Origin: an uncultured Erysipelotrichaceae bacterium
GTDB lineage: Bacteria; Bacillota_I; Bacilli_A; Erysipelotrichales; Erysipelotrichaceae
Direction: 5' to 3'
NCBI GenBank assembly: GCA_964370395.1
Contig: CAYJIZ010000006.1
Location: forward strand, 1-64,000
DNA length: 64,000 nucleotides
The translations under genes and the position numbers were made by a program. This document shows positions 10,410-19,413 of the stretch, one piece after another. The notes under the pieces are model-generated. The model was not told the origin of the DNA. It worked only from the letters and a program-made list of their open reading frames with translations, and searched no databases. Each line of letters starts with the position of its first letter. The stretch's first letter is position 1.

Positions 10410-11987
10410 ATGATAACATTTAAAGACATAATTAAGGATGATAATATTTTAAAAGCAGTAGCAGAAATGGGATATGAACATCCAACAAAAATTCAGGAAA
10501 AATCAATCCCATTATTAGAAGAAGGGAAAGATATTATTGCAAAGTCAAACACAGGAACAGGGAAAACTGCTGCGTTTGGTTTAGCGTTGATGGAAAAAAT
10601 AATTCGTGGTGAAGTAGAGCAAGGTTTGGTGGTTTGTCCAACTAGAGAATTAGCACTACAAGTAAATGATGAGTTAGTAAAATTTGCGAAATATAATAAA
10701 AATATTAAAATTACATGTGTATATGGTGGTACACCAATTGATCGCCAAATTCGCGATTTAAAAAGAGGCGTAAACATTATAGTAGGTACACCAGGTAGAA
10801 TCATGGACCATATGCGTAGAAAGACAATCAAACCATTACAATGTGGATTTGTTGTGTTAGATGAAGCAGATGAAATGTTGAATATGGGATTTCGTGAAGA
10901 TATCGAGTGTATCTTAGAGCAAGTGAATAAACAAAGACAGGTTATTTTATTTAGTGCTACTATGCCAAAAGCAATTAAAGATATTGCAATGGTATATACA
11001 AAAGAAGCAGAGTTTGTAGAAGTCAAAAGTAAAAGAAAGACAGTCGATAAAATCACGCAATATTATTATGATGTACGTAGAGATGAAAAAGAAGATGCAG
11101 TAAAAACGTTAATGGACTTTTATCAAAGTAAAATGACAATCATTTTCTGTAACACGAAAGCGAAAGTAGACGAGTTAGTTGAGGATTTATCAAAACGTAA
11201 AGTGAAAGTAGCTGCATTACATGGAGATATCAAACAAGAGAAGCGTACTAAGATTATGAATGCGTTCAAAAAGACAGATCGCGGTATTTTGGTTGCAAGT
11301 GATGTTGCGGCTAGAGGGATTGATATTAGTAATATTGATTTAGTTATTAACTTTGACTTACCACAAGACCATGAAACGTATATTCACCGTATTGGTAGAA
11401 CGGGTCGTGCAGGTAAAGAAGGTGTTGCTATTGCATTAGTAACAAGTCGACGTCAATTCCAGCAATTGCGTGGTATTATGAAGTATACAAATGCAGATAT
11501 CACAAAAAAAGAAATGCCTACAAATGAAGAACTTGGAAAAATTAAAAAAGAGTTATTTAAAAAGAAGGTATTGGTTGCAGCAGATGATGGGATTATCCAT
11601 GAAAACATTCAATTGGCTAATGAGTTAATTAAAGCAGGTATGGATCCACAAGAAATCATTAGTGCATTAATTACTATTGCATATGGTGGTGTTGTTGAAA
11701 AGAGTGAAAAAGTAGAACGTAAAAAATTAAAAAGTGACGTTGAATTAAAATTCTCTTTGGGTAAACAAAGAGGTATTGATGCGCGTATGATCGAAATGGC
11801 TATTTGTGGTGCTTGTGATATTGAAAAGGCAGCGATTGGGAAGATTGATGTTCGTAGACAATATTCTATTGTGCACGTAGAACAGGCGATAGTTAATAAA
11901 ATCATGGACAACATGCAACAATGTAAGATTGCAAACAAACGTTGTGAAGTAACTAAGTATAAAAAAACAAAAACAAGAGAAAGATAA
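10410..11987 (+). CDS. cshA: DEAD-box ATP-dependent RNA helicase (CshA/DeaD type) with C-terminal DbpA-like RNA-binding domain and basic tail
   Basis: Q-motif region, Walker A AKSNTGTGKT, PTRELA, DEAD (VLDEADEM), SAT, HRIGRTGR motifs. RBS AAGAGG. Confidence 0.9.
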   Translation: MITFKDIIKDDNILKAVAEMGYEHPTKIQEKSIPLLEEGKDIIAKSNTGTGKTAAFGLALMEKIIRGEVEQGLVVCPTRELALQVNDELVKFAKYNKNIKITCVYGGTPIDRQIRDLKRGVNIIVGTPGRIMDHMRRKTIKPLQCGFVVLDEADEMLNMGFREDIECILEQVNKQRQVILFSATMPKAIKDIAMVYTKEAEFVEVKSKRKTVDKITQYYYDVRRDEKEDAVKTLMDFYQSKMTIIFCNTKAKVDELVEDLSKRKVKVAALHGDIKQEKRTKIMNAFKKTDRGILVASDVAARGIDISNIDLVINFDLPQDHETYIHRIGRTGRAGKEGVAIALVTSRRQFQQLRGIMKYTNADITKKEMPTNEELGKIKKELFKKKVLVAADDGIIHENIQLANELIKAGMDPQEIISALITIAYGGVVEKSEKVERKKLKSDVELKFSLGKQRGIDARMIEMAICGACDIEKAAIGKIDVRRQYSIVHVEQAIVNKIMDNMQQCKIANKRCEVTKYKKTKTRER

Positions 11988-11995
11988 TTTGTAAA

Positions 11996-12032
11996 TAAGT
12001 CCTGATTTTAAAGGGAATCAGGACTTATTTTA
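11996..12032 (+). terminator. Intrinsic terminator after helicase
   Basis: aagtcctgatt...aatcaggactt hairpin + ATTTT. Confidence 0.7.
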
Positions 12033-12060
12033 AAAAAAATAAAAAAATTCAAAAAAAGAC

Positions 12061-12089
12061 TTGTCAACATATCGTTTATTTGCTATTAT
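12061..12089 (+). promoter_or_regulatory. sigma-A type promoter for tRNA operon (-35 TTGTCA, 17-bp spacer, -10 TATTAT)
   Basis: TTGTCA at 12061-66; TATTAT at 12084-89; ~30 nt upstream of the first tRNA. Confidence 0.55.
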
Positions 12090-12119
12090 TATATAGCGCT
12101 GAAACGGTGCAAAAAACAT

Positions 12120-12196
12120 GCGCCCATAGCTCAACTGGATAGAGCGTCTGACTACGGATCAGGAGGTTGTGGATTCGATTTCTGCTGGGCGCGCCA
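12120..12196 (+). tRNA. tRNA-Arg (anticodon ACG)
   Basis: GCGCCCATAGCTCAACTGGATAGAGC... anticodon loop CTACGGA; encoded CCA end. Confidence 0.85.
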
Positions 12197-12209
12197 TTTT
12201 AATTAACTT

Positions 12210-12286
12210 CGGGAAGTAGCACAGCTTGGTAGTGCACCTGGTTTGGGACCAGGGGGTCGCAGGTTCGAATCCTGTCATCCCGACCA
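12210..12286 (+). tRNA. tRNA-Pro (anticodon TGG)
   Basis: CGGGAAGTAGC...CCTGG TTTGGGA CCAGG anticodon arm; TTCGAAT T-loop; CCA end. One A-A mismatch in acceptor stem as read. Confidence 0.8.
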
Positions 12287-12301
12287 TTAAATTTAAAACA
12301 T

Positions 12302-12378
12302 GGCGAGGTAGCTTAGTTGGCTAGAGCGCTCGGTTCATACCCGGGAGGTCGTGGGTTCGAGTCCCACTCTCGCTACCA
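12302..12378 (+). tRNA. tRNA-Met elongator (anticodon CAT)
   Basis: GGCGAGGTAGCTTAGTTGGCTAGAGC; anticodon loop TTCATAC; G1-U72 wobble as in Bacillus elongator tRNA-Met; CCA end. Confidence 0.75.
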
Positions 12379-12388
12379 TTAAATTAAT

Positions 12389-12465
12389 GGACCTTTAGCT
12401 CAGTTGGTTAGAGCAACCGGCTCATAACCGGTTGGTCGTAGGTTCGAGTCCTACAAGGTCCACCA
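12389..12465 (+). tRNA. tRNA-Ile2 (CAT anticodon, lysidine-type) or second tRNA-Met
   Basis: GGACCTTTAGCTCAGTTGGTTAGAGC...GGCTCATAACC... closely matches the Firmicutes tRNA-Ile(LAU) pattern. Assignment Ile2 versus Met is inference. Confidence 0.7.
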
Positions 12466-12481
12466 AAAAAATCTTAAATAT

Positions 12482-12572
12482 GGAGGAATACCCAAGTGGT
12501 TGAAGGGTCCGGTCTTGAAAACCGGTAGGTCGGGAAACTGGCGCCTGGGTTCGAATCCCAGTTCCTCCGCCA
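12482..12572 (+). tRNA. tRNA-Ser (anticodon TGA), long variable arm
   Basis: GGAGGAATACCCAAGTGG... anticodon loop CTTGAAA; 91 nt; CCA end. Confidence 0.85.
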
Positions 12573-12595
12573 TTAAAAAAATGAATACCACTTAT

Positions 12596-12672
<77 letters not shown>

Positions 12673-12675
12673 AGT

Positions 12676-12751
12676 GGTCCCGTAGCTCAGTCGGTAGAGC
12701 AAAGGACTGAAAATCCTTGTGTCGTTGGTTCGATTCCGACCGGAACCACCA
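12676..12751 (+). tRNA. tRNA-Phe (anticodon GAA)
   Basis: ...GAGCAAAGGACTGAAAATCCTTGTGTCGTTGGTTCGATTCCGAC...; CCA end. Confidence 0.8.
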
Positions 12752-12760
12752 TTGAAAAAG

Positions 12761-12802
12761 AAGCGTTAAGACCTTGAATAAAGGACTTAACGCTATTTTT
12801 TT
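12761..12802 (+). terminator. Intrinsic terminator after tRNA operon
   Basis: agcgttaag...cttaacgct hairpin + ATTTTTTT. Confidence 0.75.
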
Positions 12803-13320
12803 GCTTATAAGATCTTTATCATCTATTTTTGCTGGATAAGAAATTAATACAAATAAATGACTAAATAGGACGGCTTGAGATTTGTTTAATTTTGGGTCGT
12901 TTTTAAATGGAAACAGAATATCTCACTTATACCAAATGTACACATTTAAAAACACATTTTTGATTGATTCGTTTTAACCTTAAAGTTTGTTCAGTCTGAA
13001 TTCAACAGCAAAAATAAAAGAATCTGAAATACCGCTTTTTTTCATTGTTTTGGGATGCAAAAGCTATGCTTTTTCATGAAAATGGTTATAAAATGAAAAA
13101 AGAGTTAAAAAATGATGAAATATTGATAAAAATAACATTTCAAAAATTAAACTAAATATGTAAAAATATGTAAAAAAAGCCCTAATTTACTTGCTTTATG
13201 GACTATTTCGATATATTATATGTTTATAAAGAGCCCTATATTTCTAAAATTTGTAAAATACATTATATAACTAATTAGAAATATAACTCATAAATAGTTG
13301 AAAGGAAAAGGGATTTTAAA

Positions 13321-13797
13321 ATGAAAAAGTTTAGAAAAAACAAAAAGGGGTTTACATTAGTTGAAGTTGTTGTAGTTCTAGTTATTATTGCGATTTTAAT
13401 TGCTATCGCTGTACCTTCAGTAATGAAGTACATCGATGATGCAAACGAAGCAAAGTATTTAGCGGAAGCAAGAGCAGTATACATCGCTACTGAAGCAGAG
13501 TTAACAAAGGATTATGCAGATAACAAAAAAGTTGACTTTAGTATTTATGGGACAGATAAGACAGGTGCTGATTTCTTAAAAGAAGTTTCAGATGCAAGTT
13601 CTGTTACTACGACTAAAGTGACAGTTTATACAAGTGCAACTGCTAATGTACCAATTGACAGCACGAAAAAAGGGGATCAAAGTATTAAACCTAATGCAGT
13701 GGTGAAATATGTTGTTGAATTTACATCACCATCAAGTAATGATCCTCAAACAGTAACAATTACAAAAAACGGTACAGCAACGTTAGGTGCTAAGTAG
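13321..13797 (+). CDS. pilA: Type IV major pilin (prepilin with class III leader; N-terminal methylation site)
   Basis: MKKFRKNKKG/FTLVEVVVVLVIIAILIAIAVP: short basic leader, G-F-T-L-x-E motif with Glu+5. 158 aa. First gene of the pil operon. Confidence 0.85.
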   Translation: MKKFRKNKKGFTLVEVVVVLVIIAILIAIAVPSVMKYIDDANEAKYLAEARAVYIATEAELTKDYADNKKVDFSIYGTDKTGADFLKEVSDASSVTTTKVTVYTSATANVPIDSTKKGDQSIKPNAVVKYVVEFTSPSSNDPQTVTITKNGTATLGAK

Positions 13798-13822
13798 TAT
13801 CGAATTAACTTAATTATTAAAT

Positions 13823-13847
13823 AAAGCCTCTAGCTACTAGAGGCTTT
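13823..13847 (+). terminator. Perfect hairpin aaagcctctag-cta-ctagaggcttt immediately after pilA with poor U-tract (likely partial terminator/attenuator)
   Basis: 11-bp perfect arms with a 3-nt loop, then tttatgcctt. Confidence 0.5.
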
Positions 13848-13885
13848 ATGCCTTATTGTTGTATGGATGGAAAGGGGGATTATGT

Positions 13886-14653
13886 ATGGATTTCATATTG
13901 GTGCTTTGTTATGTATATGCGTTTATCGTTGGTTTATGCGTTGCAAGTTTTATCAATGTGGTGATTTATCGAGTACCAAATAAATTGAACTTTGTGAGCG
14001 GTAGATCATTTTGTCCAAGTTGTCATAATACCTTGAAGCCATATGATATGATCCCTGTATTTAGTTGGTTGTTTTTAAAAGGAAAGTGTCGTTTTTGTCA
14101 GACATCTATTTCTATTCGTTATCCATTAATTGAACTATTTGGTGGCCTGATAGCAGTATTGCTTTTTCATCATTATGGTTTTGATTGGCATACTATCGTC
14201 GTTTTTGTGTTTGCTATGGTACTTTTAGCAGTCGCTTTTATCGATATTGATACGATGGAGATAGCGAATGGAATTGTTATATTTTTACTTTTTTATGGTA
14301 TAATATTTATATTAATAGACAACAATATAACAATTATGCAAAGAGCGATTGGCTTTTTTATCGCAAGTGTACCAATGTTTCTAATTAATTTAGTAGTTAG
14401 TGATAGTTTTGGCGGTGGTGATATTAAGTTAATGGCGGTTTGTGGTTTGATTTTGGGATGGCAAAACACCTTGCTTGCAATGTTTATTGCGATTGTGCTT
14501 GCAGGTGCATATGGTGTATATTTGATGGCTAGCAAAAAAATAGAAAAAGGTGGACATATCGCATTTGGTCCATACCTATGTGTAGGGGTTTTCATTGCTT
14601 TGTTGTATGGCGATGCAATGATACAAGGTTATTTATCGATATTTGGAATGTAA
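13886..14653 (+). CDS. pilD: Prepilin peptidase (A24 family, PilD/ComC type)
   Basis: N-terminal tetracysteine CPSCHN...CRFCQ; multiple TM helices; conserved Asp regions (IDIDTMEI, GGGDIKLMA). Start at ATG 13886 with GGGGGA RBS; the ORF track starts earlier at 13856. Confidence 0.85.
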   Translation: MDFILVLCYVYAFIVGLCVASFINVVIYRVPNKLNFVSGRSFCPSCHNTLKPYDMIPVFSWLFLKGKCRFCQTSISIRYPLIELFGGLIAVLLFHHYGFDWHTIVVFVFAMVLLAVAFIDIDTMEIANGIVIFLLFYGIIFILIDNNITIMQRAIGFFIASVPMFLINLVVSDSFGGGDIKLMAVCGLILGWQNTLLAMFIAIVLAGAYGVYLMASKKIEKGGHIAFGPYLCVGVFIALLYGDAMIQGYLSIFGM

Positions 14654-14671
14654 TCAAAGTGGGGTAGATAT

Positions 14672-15862
14672 ATGGCTACGTATAAATATGTTGCGAAAGA
14701 CATGAATGCGAAAATCGTAAAAGATAAAATGGAGGCAAGGAGTAGAAATGAACTTGTCAATTTTTTGCGTGCGAAAAATTTGTATTTAATTGATTGTAAG
14801 GAATTAAGTGAAGCAGAGAAGACAACGTATAAATTTAAGTTGAATGAGTTGTCTGAATTTAATCGTCAATTAAGTACAATGCTTGGTTCTGGAATCTCTT
14901 TGATTCGAGCCATGTCCATTTTAGTAAAACGTGATAATAAAGCAAAAGTGAGTGAGGTTTACAAACGTATTTATGTAAAGCTTCAACAGGGGTTTGCCTT
15001 ATCGGTCGCATTATCAGAACAAGGAAGTGCTTTTCCACCAATTATGATCAACATGATTCGTGCAGGAGAAGAAAGTGGACAATTGGAAAGAACGACACGT
15101 AAGTTAGCGGTACAATTTGAAAAAGACCATCGTATGAAAAATAAAATTAAAAATGCGATGACTTATCCAATTATCTTATTGTGTGTAACGGTGGGTGTTA
15201 TCTTCTTGATTTTCACATTTATCTTACCGACCTTCTTTACTTATTTTGAAGGAAAAGAAATGCCACTTATTACACAAATTGTATTGGCATTCTCGACGTT
15301 TATGACAAGTTATTGGTACATTGTCGTGATTGTTGTGCTTGCGATTATAGCGATATGGTTAATTATGTTGCGAGAAGATAAAGTTCGCTTGCGTTACGAT
15401 AAGTTAAAAGTAGATTTACCAAAAGTAGGGAAATTGATCCGTATTATTTATACCGCTCGTTTTGCAAGAACGATGAGTTCCTTATATTCCAGTGGGGTAT
15501 CGATGATTAATGCGTTGGCATTAGCGAAAGATACGATCAATAATGCTTACATTGCTTCGCAGTTTGATGGAGTAATGAAAGAAGTGAGAGATGGAACTAC
15601 TTTATCGATAGCAATACAAAAAATTGATGGATTTGATGCAAAGTTATTTAGTTCTATTTTCATTGGAGAAGAAAGTGGTAAGTTAGATGAAATGCTAGAA
15701 TCCATTGCTGATGATTTTGATTATGAAGCAGACATCGCGACACAGCGATTGGTATCGTTAATGGAACCAGTGATGATAATTATTTTAGCGTTTATTGTTG
15801 GTACGGTTATGATTTCAGTAATGTTACCGCTGTATACAATGTACAGCAGTATTGGCGCATGA
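14672..15862 (+). CDS. pilC: Type IV pilus platform protein (GspF/PilC family)
   Basis: Two T2SS-F repeats, 3 TM helices, ~400 aa. Position after pilD. Confidence 0.85.
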   Translation: MATYKYVAKDMNAKIVKDKMEARSRNELVNFLRAKNLYLIDCKELSEAEKTTYKFKLNELSEFNRQLSTMLGSGISLIRAMSILVKRDNKAKVSEVYKRIYVKLQQGFALSVALSEQGSAFPPIMINMIRAGEESGQLERTTRKLAVQFEKDHRMKNKIKNAMTYPIILLCVTVGVIFLIFTFILPTFFTYFEGKEMPLITQIVLAFSTFMTSYWYIVVIVVLAIIAIWLIMLREDKVRLRYDKLKVDLPKVGKLIRIIYTARFARTMSSLYSSGVSMINALALAKDTINNAYIASQFDGVMKEVRDGTTLSIAIQKIDGFDAKLFSSIFIGEESGKLDEMLESIADDFDYEADIATQRLVSLMEPVMIIILAFIVGTVMISVMLPLYTMYSSIGA

Positions 15863-15878
15863 TAGGAAGGGCAACGTG

Positions 15879-16784
15879 ATGAAAAAAGAAAATATATTAT
15901 ATTTGTCAAATGAGAATGCACAACTGATTGTTGGTAGTGATGATCATAAGGACATGACAAAAATTTATGAATACAAAACGTTTCCTTTGGCGGAAGGGTC
16001 CATGATTAATGGGGTTATCACCGATGAGTTCGAAGTGAAAAATGTATTGAAAAAAATTGTAGAAGAAGGTTACAAGGACGTGAACCTAGTAATTGATAGT
16101 GGACAAATTTTAACCAAAGCGGTTATTGTTCCTAAAATGAAAAACAAACATTTAATACAGTTCGTGAAAGATGAATTATCTAGTGTTGGTGAAAACAGTG
16201 AAGATTTAGTATATGACTATGCTTATATGGGAGAAGTAGACGATGGAAGTCATGCTCAGCAAATTTTGTGTTGTGCAGTAGAACGTAAGCTATTGTCGAG
16301 TTACATTGATATTTTTAAAGAGTGTGGCATAACGATTAAGAGCATAGATTATGCAATGAATATTATAAGTAAGATTGCCAATGAGTTGTTGGTAAGCAAT
16401 GAGAAATCATACTTATTGTCGATTATTGATGGGAACAACTTAATCTCTGCATTGTTTGAAAATCAAAAATTTAAGTTATCGTATCGCTCTCGTGTATTAG
16501 CAGCAAGAGAGAGTGAATCGTTTAAGGCAGAATTATTAAACAATATTGCGAATATCTATCAATTCTCTAAGTCAGGAGAAAACAGTGTTGCATTAGAAAA
16601 AGTATATTTGTGTAATTTGATGGAAAAAGAAGAAGATGTGGTAGAAAGAATTCATTCCTCGCTTGCTATTGAAGCGGAAGTGTTACCAATCTCACCATCG
16701 ATTTATGTAGTCAATGAGAGCAATAAAGAGCAGTTTCATTTAGATCATTATATTTTACCAGTAGGGTATTTGTTTAAACGATAG
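15879..16784 (+). CDS. pilM: PilM-like actin-fold pilus assembly protein
   Basis: ~300-aa cytoplasmic protein directly after pilC and before the PilN/PilO-like genes. RBS AGGAAGG. Start ATG 15879. Confidence 0.6.
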   Translation: MKKENILYLSNENAQLIVGSDDHKDMTKIYEYKTFPLAEGSMINGVITDEFEVKNVLKKIVEEGYKDVNLVIDSGQILTKAVIVPKMKNKHLIQFVKDELSSVGENSEDLVYDYAYMGEVDDGSHAQQILCCAVERKLLSSYIDIFKECGITIKSIDYAMNIISKIANELLVSNEKSYLLSIIDGNNLISALFENQKFKLSYRSRVLAARESESFKAELLNNIANIYQFSKSGENSVALEKVYLCNLMEKEEDVVERIHSSLAIEAEVLPISPSIYVVNESNKEQFHLDHYILPVGYLFKR

Positions 16785-16795
16785 GAGGGGATCAC

Positions 16796-17416
16796 ATGTT
16801 GACAAGTCGAAAACATAAAGACATAGATTTGCTAAAAGCGTATACAACAAAAAGTGAACCTTCTAAAGCAGTTAAAATGTTGAAGTACCTTTTGCCACCA
16901 CTTTTAGTGACATTAGTATTCGTAACTATCTTTGCTACGAATAAGTTGTATGTGCACAATGTCAATTCAGAAATTGATACAATGAATGAAGAGATTACAC
17001 AATACAATAATAAGATTACGGTTTTAGGAACACAGGATTATGATGCATTAGTAAAAATACAGGAACAAAAAGAAAAGATAGAAACAGTTATTTCAACATT
17101 GATGACATATCCTAAATTGACATCTAATTTGATGAATGTATTTACAAATAATTTAGTAAATGGGATGTCGATTCAAACCATTACATTTGAAGATGGTGTG
17201 ATTAAGGTTGATTTGCAATCCAGTAGTGTATTAAACATCGAATTATACGTTCGTGCAATTCGTGCGAGTGGTAATTTCGCAAAGGTTGATTATGTTGGTT
17301 ATACAGCGCAAGAAAGCACTTCTACAAGTGTTTCTGAAAAGGATAACGAACAGACTAAAACAGCGATCACGACGTATGCGTTCCAAATTACATGTACAGC
17401 GAAAGGAGCAAATTAG
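16796..17416 (+). CDS. pilN: PilN-like bitopic membrane protein
   Basis: Single N-terminal TM (LLPPLLVTLVFVTIFATNKL) followed by a coiled-coil/periplasmic domain. RBS GGAGGGG. Confidence 0.55.
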   Translation: MLTSRKHKDIDLLKAYTTKSEPSKAVKMLKYLLPPLLVTLVFVTIFATNKLYVHNVNSEIDTMNEEITQYNNKITVLGTQDYDALVKIQEQKEKIETVISTLMTYPKLTSNLMNVFTNNLVNGMSIQTITFEDGVIKVDLQSSSVLNIELYVRAIRASGNFAKVDYVGYTAQESTSTSVSEKDNEQTKTAITTYAFQITCTAKGAN

Positions 17417-17460
17417 TTATGAAATATAAACTTTCCAAAAGATAAGCCATACTACTGTAT

Positions 17461-18009
17461 GTGTTGCTTTGCGTTGTTGTTGTAATGGGTGGTTGGTTCT
17501 TTTTGTTAGAGCCTTCGATGAAAGAAAAAAATGAAGTAGCGACAACTTTAGTAGAAAAGAAAGCAGAAGTAATTAAAGTAAAGAGTATGTATCATTCGTA
17601 TCGCGGTGCGAAAGAACAATTAGCAAAAGAAAACAAATCATTAGAAGAAATCACGACTGGTTTTTCTAAAGTGATGGACAACGAAGACATTGACCAAATG
17701 TTAACAGGGTTAACATTGCTTCATGGATTGCGTCCTATCTCATTGAATATCGGAGATAGAGCAGATGCAAATGTAGAAGCATATAAGACAGAAGAGAGTG
17801 AAGAAAGTAATACAGAAGAAAGTGATGCATCCATTTTAAAAAGTGTGGATGTTACGATTTCTGTAGAAGGAAGCTTAACGAGTGTGTATTCATTAGCGGA
17901 TGAATTAAAAGATGATTATTCTATTAAGTTGCGTAATTTCTCTTACGCAAGTGGAGAAGAAACAAGTACACACGTATTAGATTTTACGATTTATATGTTA
18001 GCAATATAA
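17461..18009 (+). CDS. pilO: PilO-like protein. The ORF is preceded in-frame by ATG 17419 with a strong RBS and interrupted by TAA at 17443-45 (see finding).
   Basis: MKYKLSKR-stop-AILLYVLLCVVVVMGGWFFLLEPS...: a typical PilO N-terminus (MKxKLSKRxK + TM) split by an in-frame stop. Downstream start at GTG 17461 or ATG 17485. Confidence 0.5.
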   Translation: MLLCVVVVMGGWFFLLEPSMKEKNEVATTLVEKKAEVIKVKSMYHSYRGAKEQLAKENKSLEEITTGFSKVMDNEDIDQMLTGLTLLHGLRPISLNIGDRADANVEAYKTEESEESNTEESDASILKSVDVTISVEGSLTSVYSLADELKDDYSIKLRNFSYASGEETSTHVLDFTIYMLAI

Positions 18010-18024
18010 TTAAAGGAAGTTAAA

Positions 18025-18459
18025 ATGAAACAAAATACGAAGGGATCCATTTTAGTCACAGCAATCGTAATCATCATGATAATCATGATTCTTTTAGGTG
18101 CTGCTTTAACGATTGCTTCTTCGTATTACACATCGAGTGTTAATGAGAATACAAAGAAACAAGTGTATTTAAGTGCCAAGTCAGGTGCGGACTTGATTGT
18201 TCATTATGTACAAAGCGGAACAAAAAAAGTCATTCCTGATGTGGGTGATACGATGCGTATTAGTGAGATGAGTGTGGAGGACGACCCCGTTACAAAGAAA
18301 GGGTATGTCAAACGCATTGATGAAGATACGATTAAAATTGTGATTGATGCGAGTTTTGATGACTATACATACAAAATGCAAGTCGATATGAAATTAACGT
18401 CATTGCAATGGATGACAAAATCGTATTGTGAAGCAAAGGAAGGTGATACTCTATGTTAA
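18025..18459 (+). CDS. PilX-like minor pilus protein (N-terminal hydrophobic anchor, no canonical G-F-T-L-x-E site)
   Basis: MKQNTKGSILVTAIVIIMIIMILLGAALTIASS resembles the PilX N-terminal domain. 144 aa. Confidence 0.5.
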   Translation: MKQNTKGSILVTAIVIIMIIMILLGAALTIASSYYTSSVNENTKKQVYLSAKSGADLIVHYVQSGTKKVIPDVGDTMRISEMSVEDDPVTKKGYVKRIDEDTIKIVIDASFDDYTYKMQVDMKLTSLQWMTKSYCEAKEGDTLC

Positions 18460-19400
18460 ACAAAAAGGGTATGACTTTGGTAGAAATGATTGTAACAATC
18501 GCGGTTTTTGCGATTGCAGGACTCATTTTAGTGGCAGGGTTTTCAACTGTTATCAAACATATGGGGAATGCGACATTAGTGAAAAACACATCGAATGATG
18601 TAATGGCAGTCATTGAATCAGAACAAAGCGAAGGAAAGACAACAAAAGAAGTGAATGTGAAAGTAACGTTTGAAAATGGTTATTCTTTTGATGATAAAGT
18701 AATGATGAGTACAGTGAAACAAAACATTGATGATGGTAGTAGTTATCAGGTAAGTTTAAAGAAATTTAATAAAGACAATACGTATATCGATACGACAAAA
18801 GTATTTTATGAACAAGTGAAAGCTTGTATGGAAGAATGGATTGTTATGACTCCCAATCAGAGACAGACCATTTTTAATGAAGCAAAAGCGAAGTTGGAAG
18901 CAGAAGGAATAACGATTAATGCTAGCAAAATTGACTGGGTCAGTAATGATAATTTACGTTGGTTTTTTACCGTTGTGAAGTGGGGCGGTATGGGTTATCC
19001 AGAAATTGATCGTGAGATAATTGAGGAATGCAATCAGCTTTACTTGCAAAGAAATCCATCTTTTTTAACGAACGAGGCTTATTTTCGCGATCGTAAAGTG
19101 TATATGAAACCGTATTATTTAGTGAAAAAACAATACGTTGTGTTGTATGGTGTCATCGATACACCAGCAGCGGATTCCAATGCGCAAAATGGATGGAGAA
19201 CACGTTTGATTTATAATCCTGAGGACAACCATTGGTATTATAAAGTGTTCCGTGCAACGAGTAATTCAGATAGTGAGGATAGCTTTTTTGGAATGTCGAA
19301 TTTCACACAGAGTGGGGTTGATGATCGTGTGCTGTGGGAACAATTACTGATCGACTTTAAAGATACGACAAAATGGCAAAGAATTGATATTGGACAGTAA
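18453..19400 (+). CDS. Minor (pseudo)pilin with prepilin-type N-terminal cleavage/methylation domain, 315 aa
   Basis: MLNKKG/MTLVEMIVTIAVFAIAGLIL. Confidence 0.75.
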   Translation: MLNKKGMTLVEMIVTIAVFAIAGLILVAGFSTVIKHMGNATLVKNTSNDVMAVIESEQSEGKTTKEVNVKVTFENGYSFDDKVMMSTVKQNIDDGSSYQVSLKKFNKDNTYIDTTKVFYEQVKACMEEWIVMTPNQRQTIFNEAKAKLEAEGITINASKIDWVSNDNLRWFFTVVKWGGMGYPEIDREIIEECNQLYLQRNPSFLTNEAYFRDRKVYMKPYYLVKKQYVVLYGVIDTPAADSNAQNGWRTRLIYNPEDNHWYYKVFRATSNSDSEDSFFGMSNFTQSGVDDRVLWEQLLIDFKDTTKWQRIDIGQ

Positions 19401-19413
19401 AGGAGGTAGCAAA

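Noticed and set aside
10493-11056. 187-aa minus-strand ORF
   Set aside because: Lies entirely antisense to the DEAD-box helicase gene. Low-complexity Ser/Ile-rich translation. No RBS.
12803-13320. Possible c-di-GMP riboswitch upstream of pilA (as in C. difficile)
   Set aside because: Region is >75% AT with no GC-rich paired elements or GNRA/receptor motifs characteristic of c-di-GMP-I/II aptamers.
17419-17445. Treating MKYKLSKR* as an independent 8-aa peptide gene
   Set aside because: It is in-frame and contiguous with the PilO-like ORF and matches a PilO N-terminus. Interpreted instead as an interrupted pilO start (see finding).
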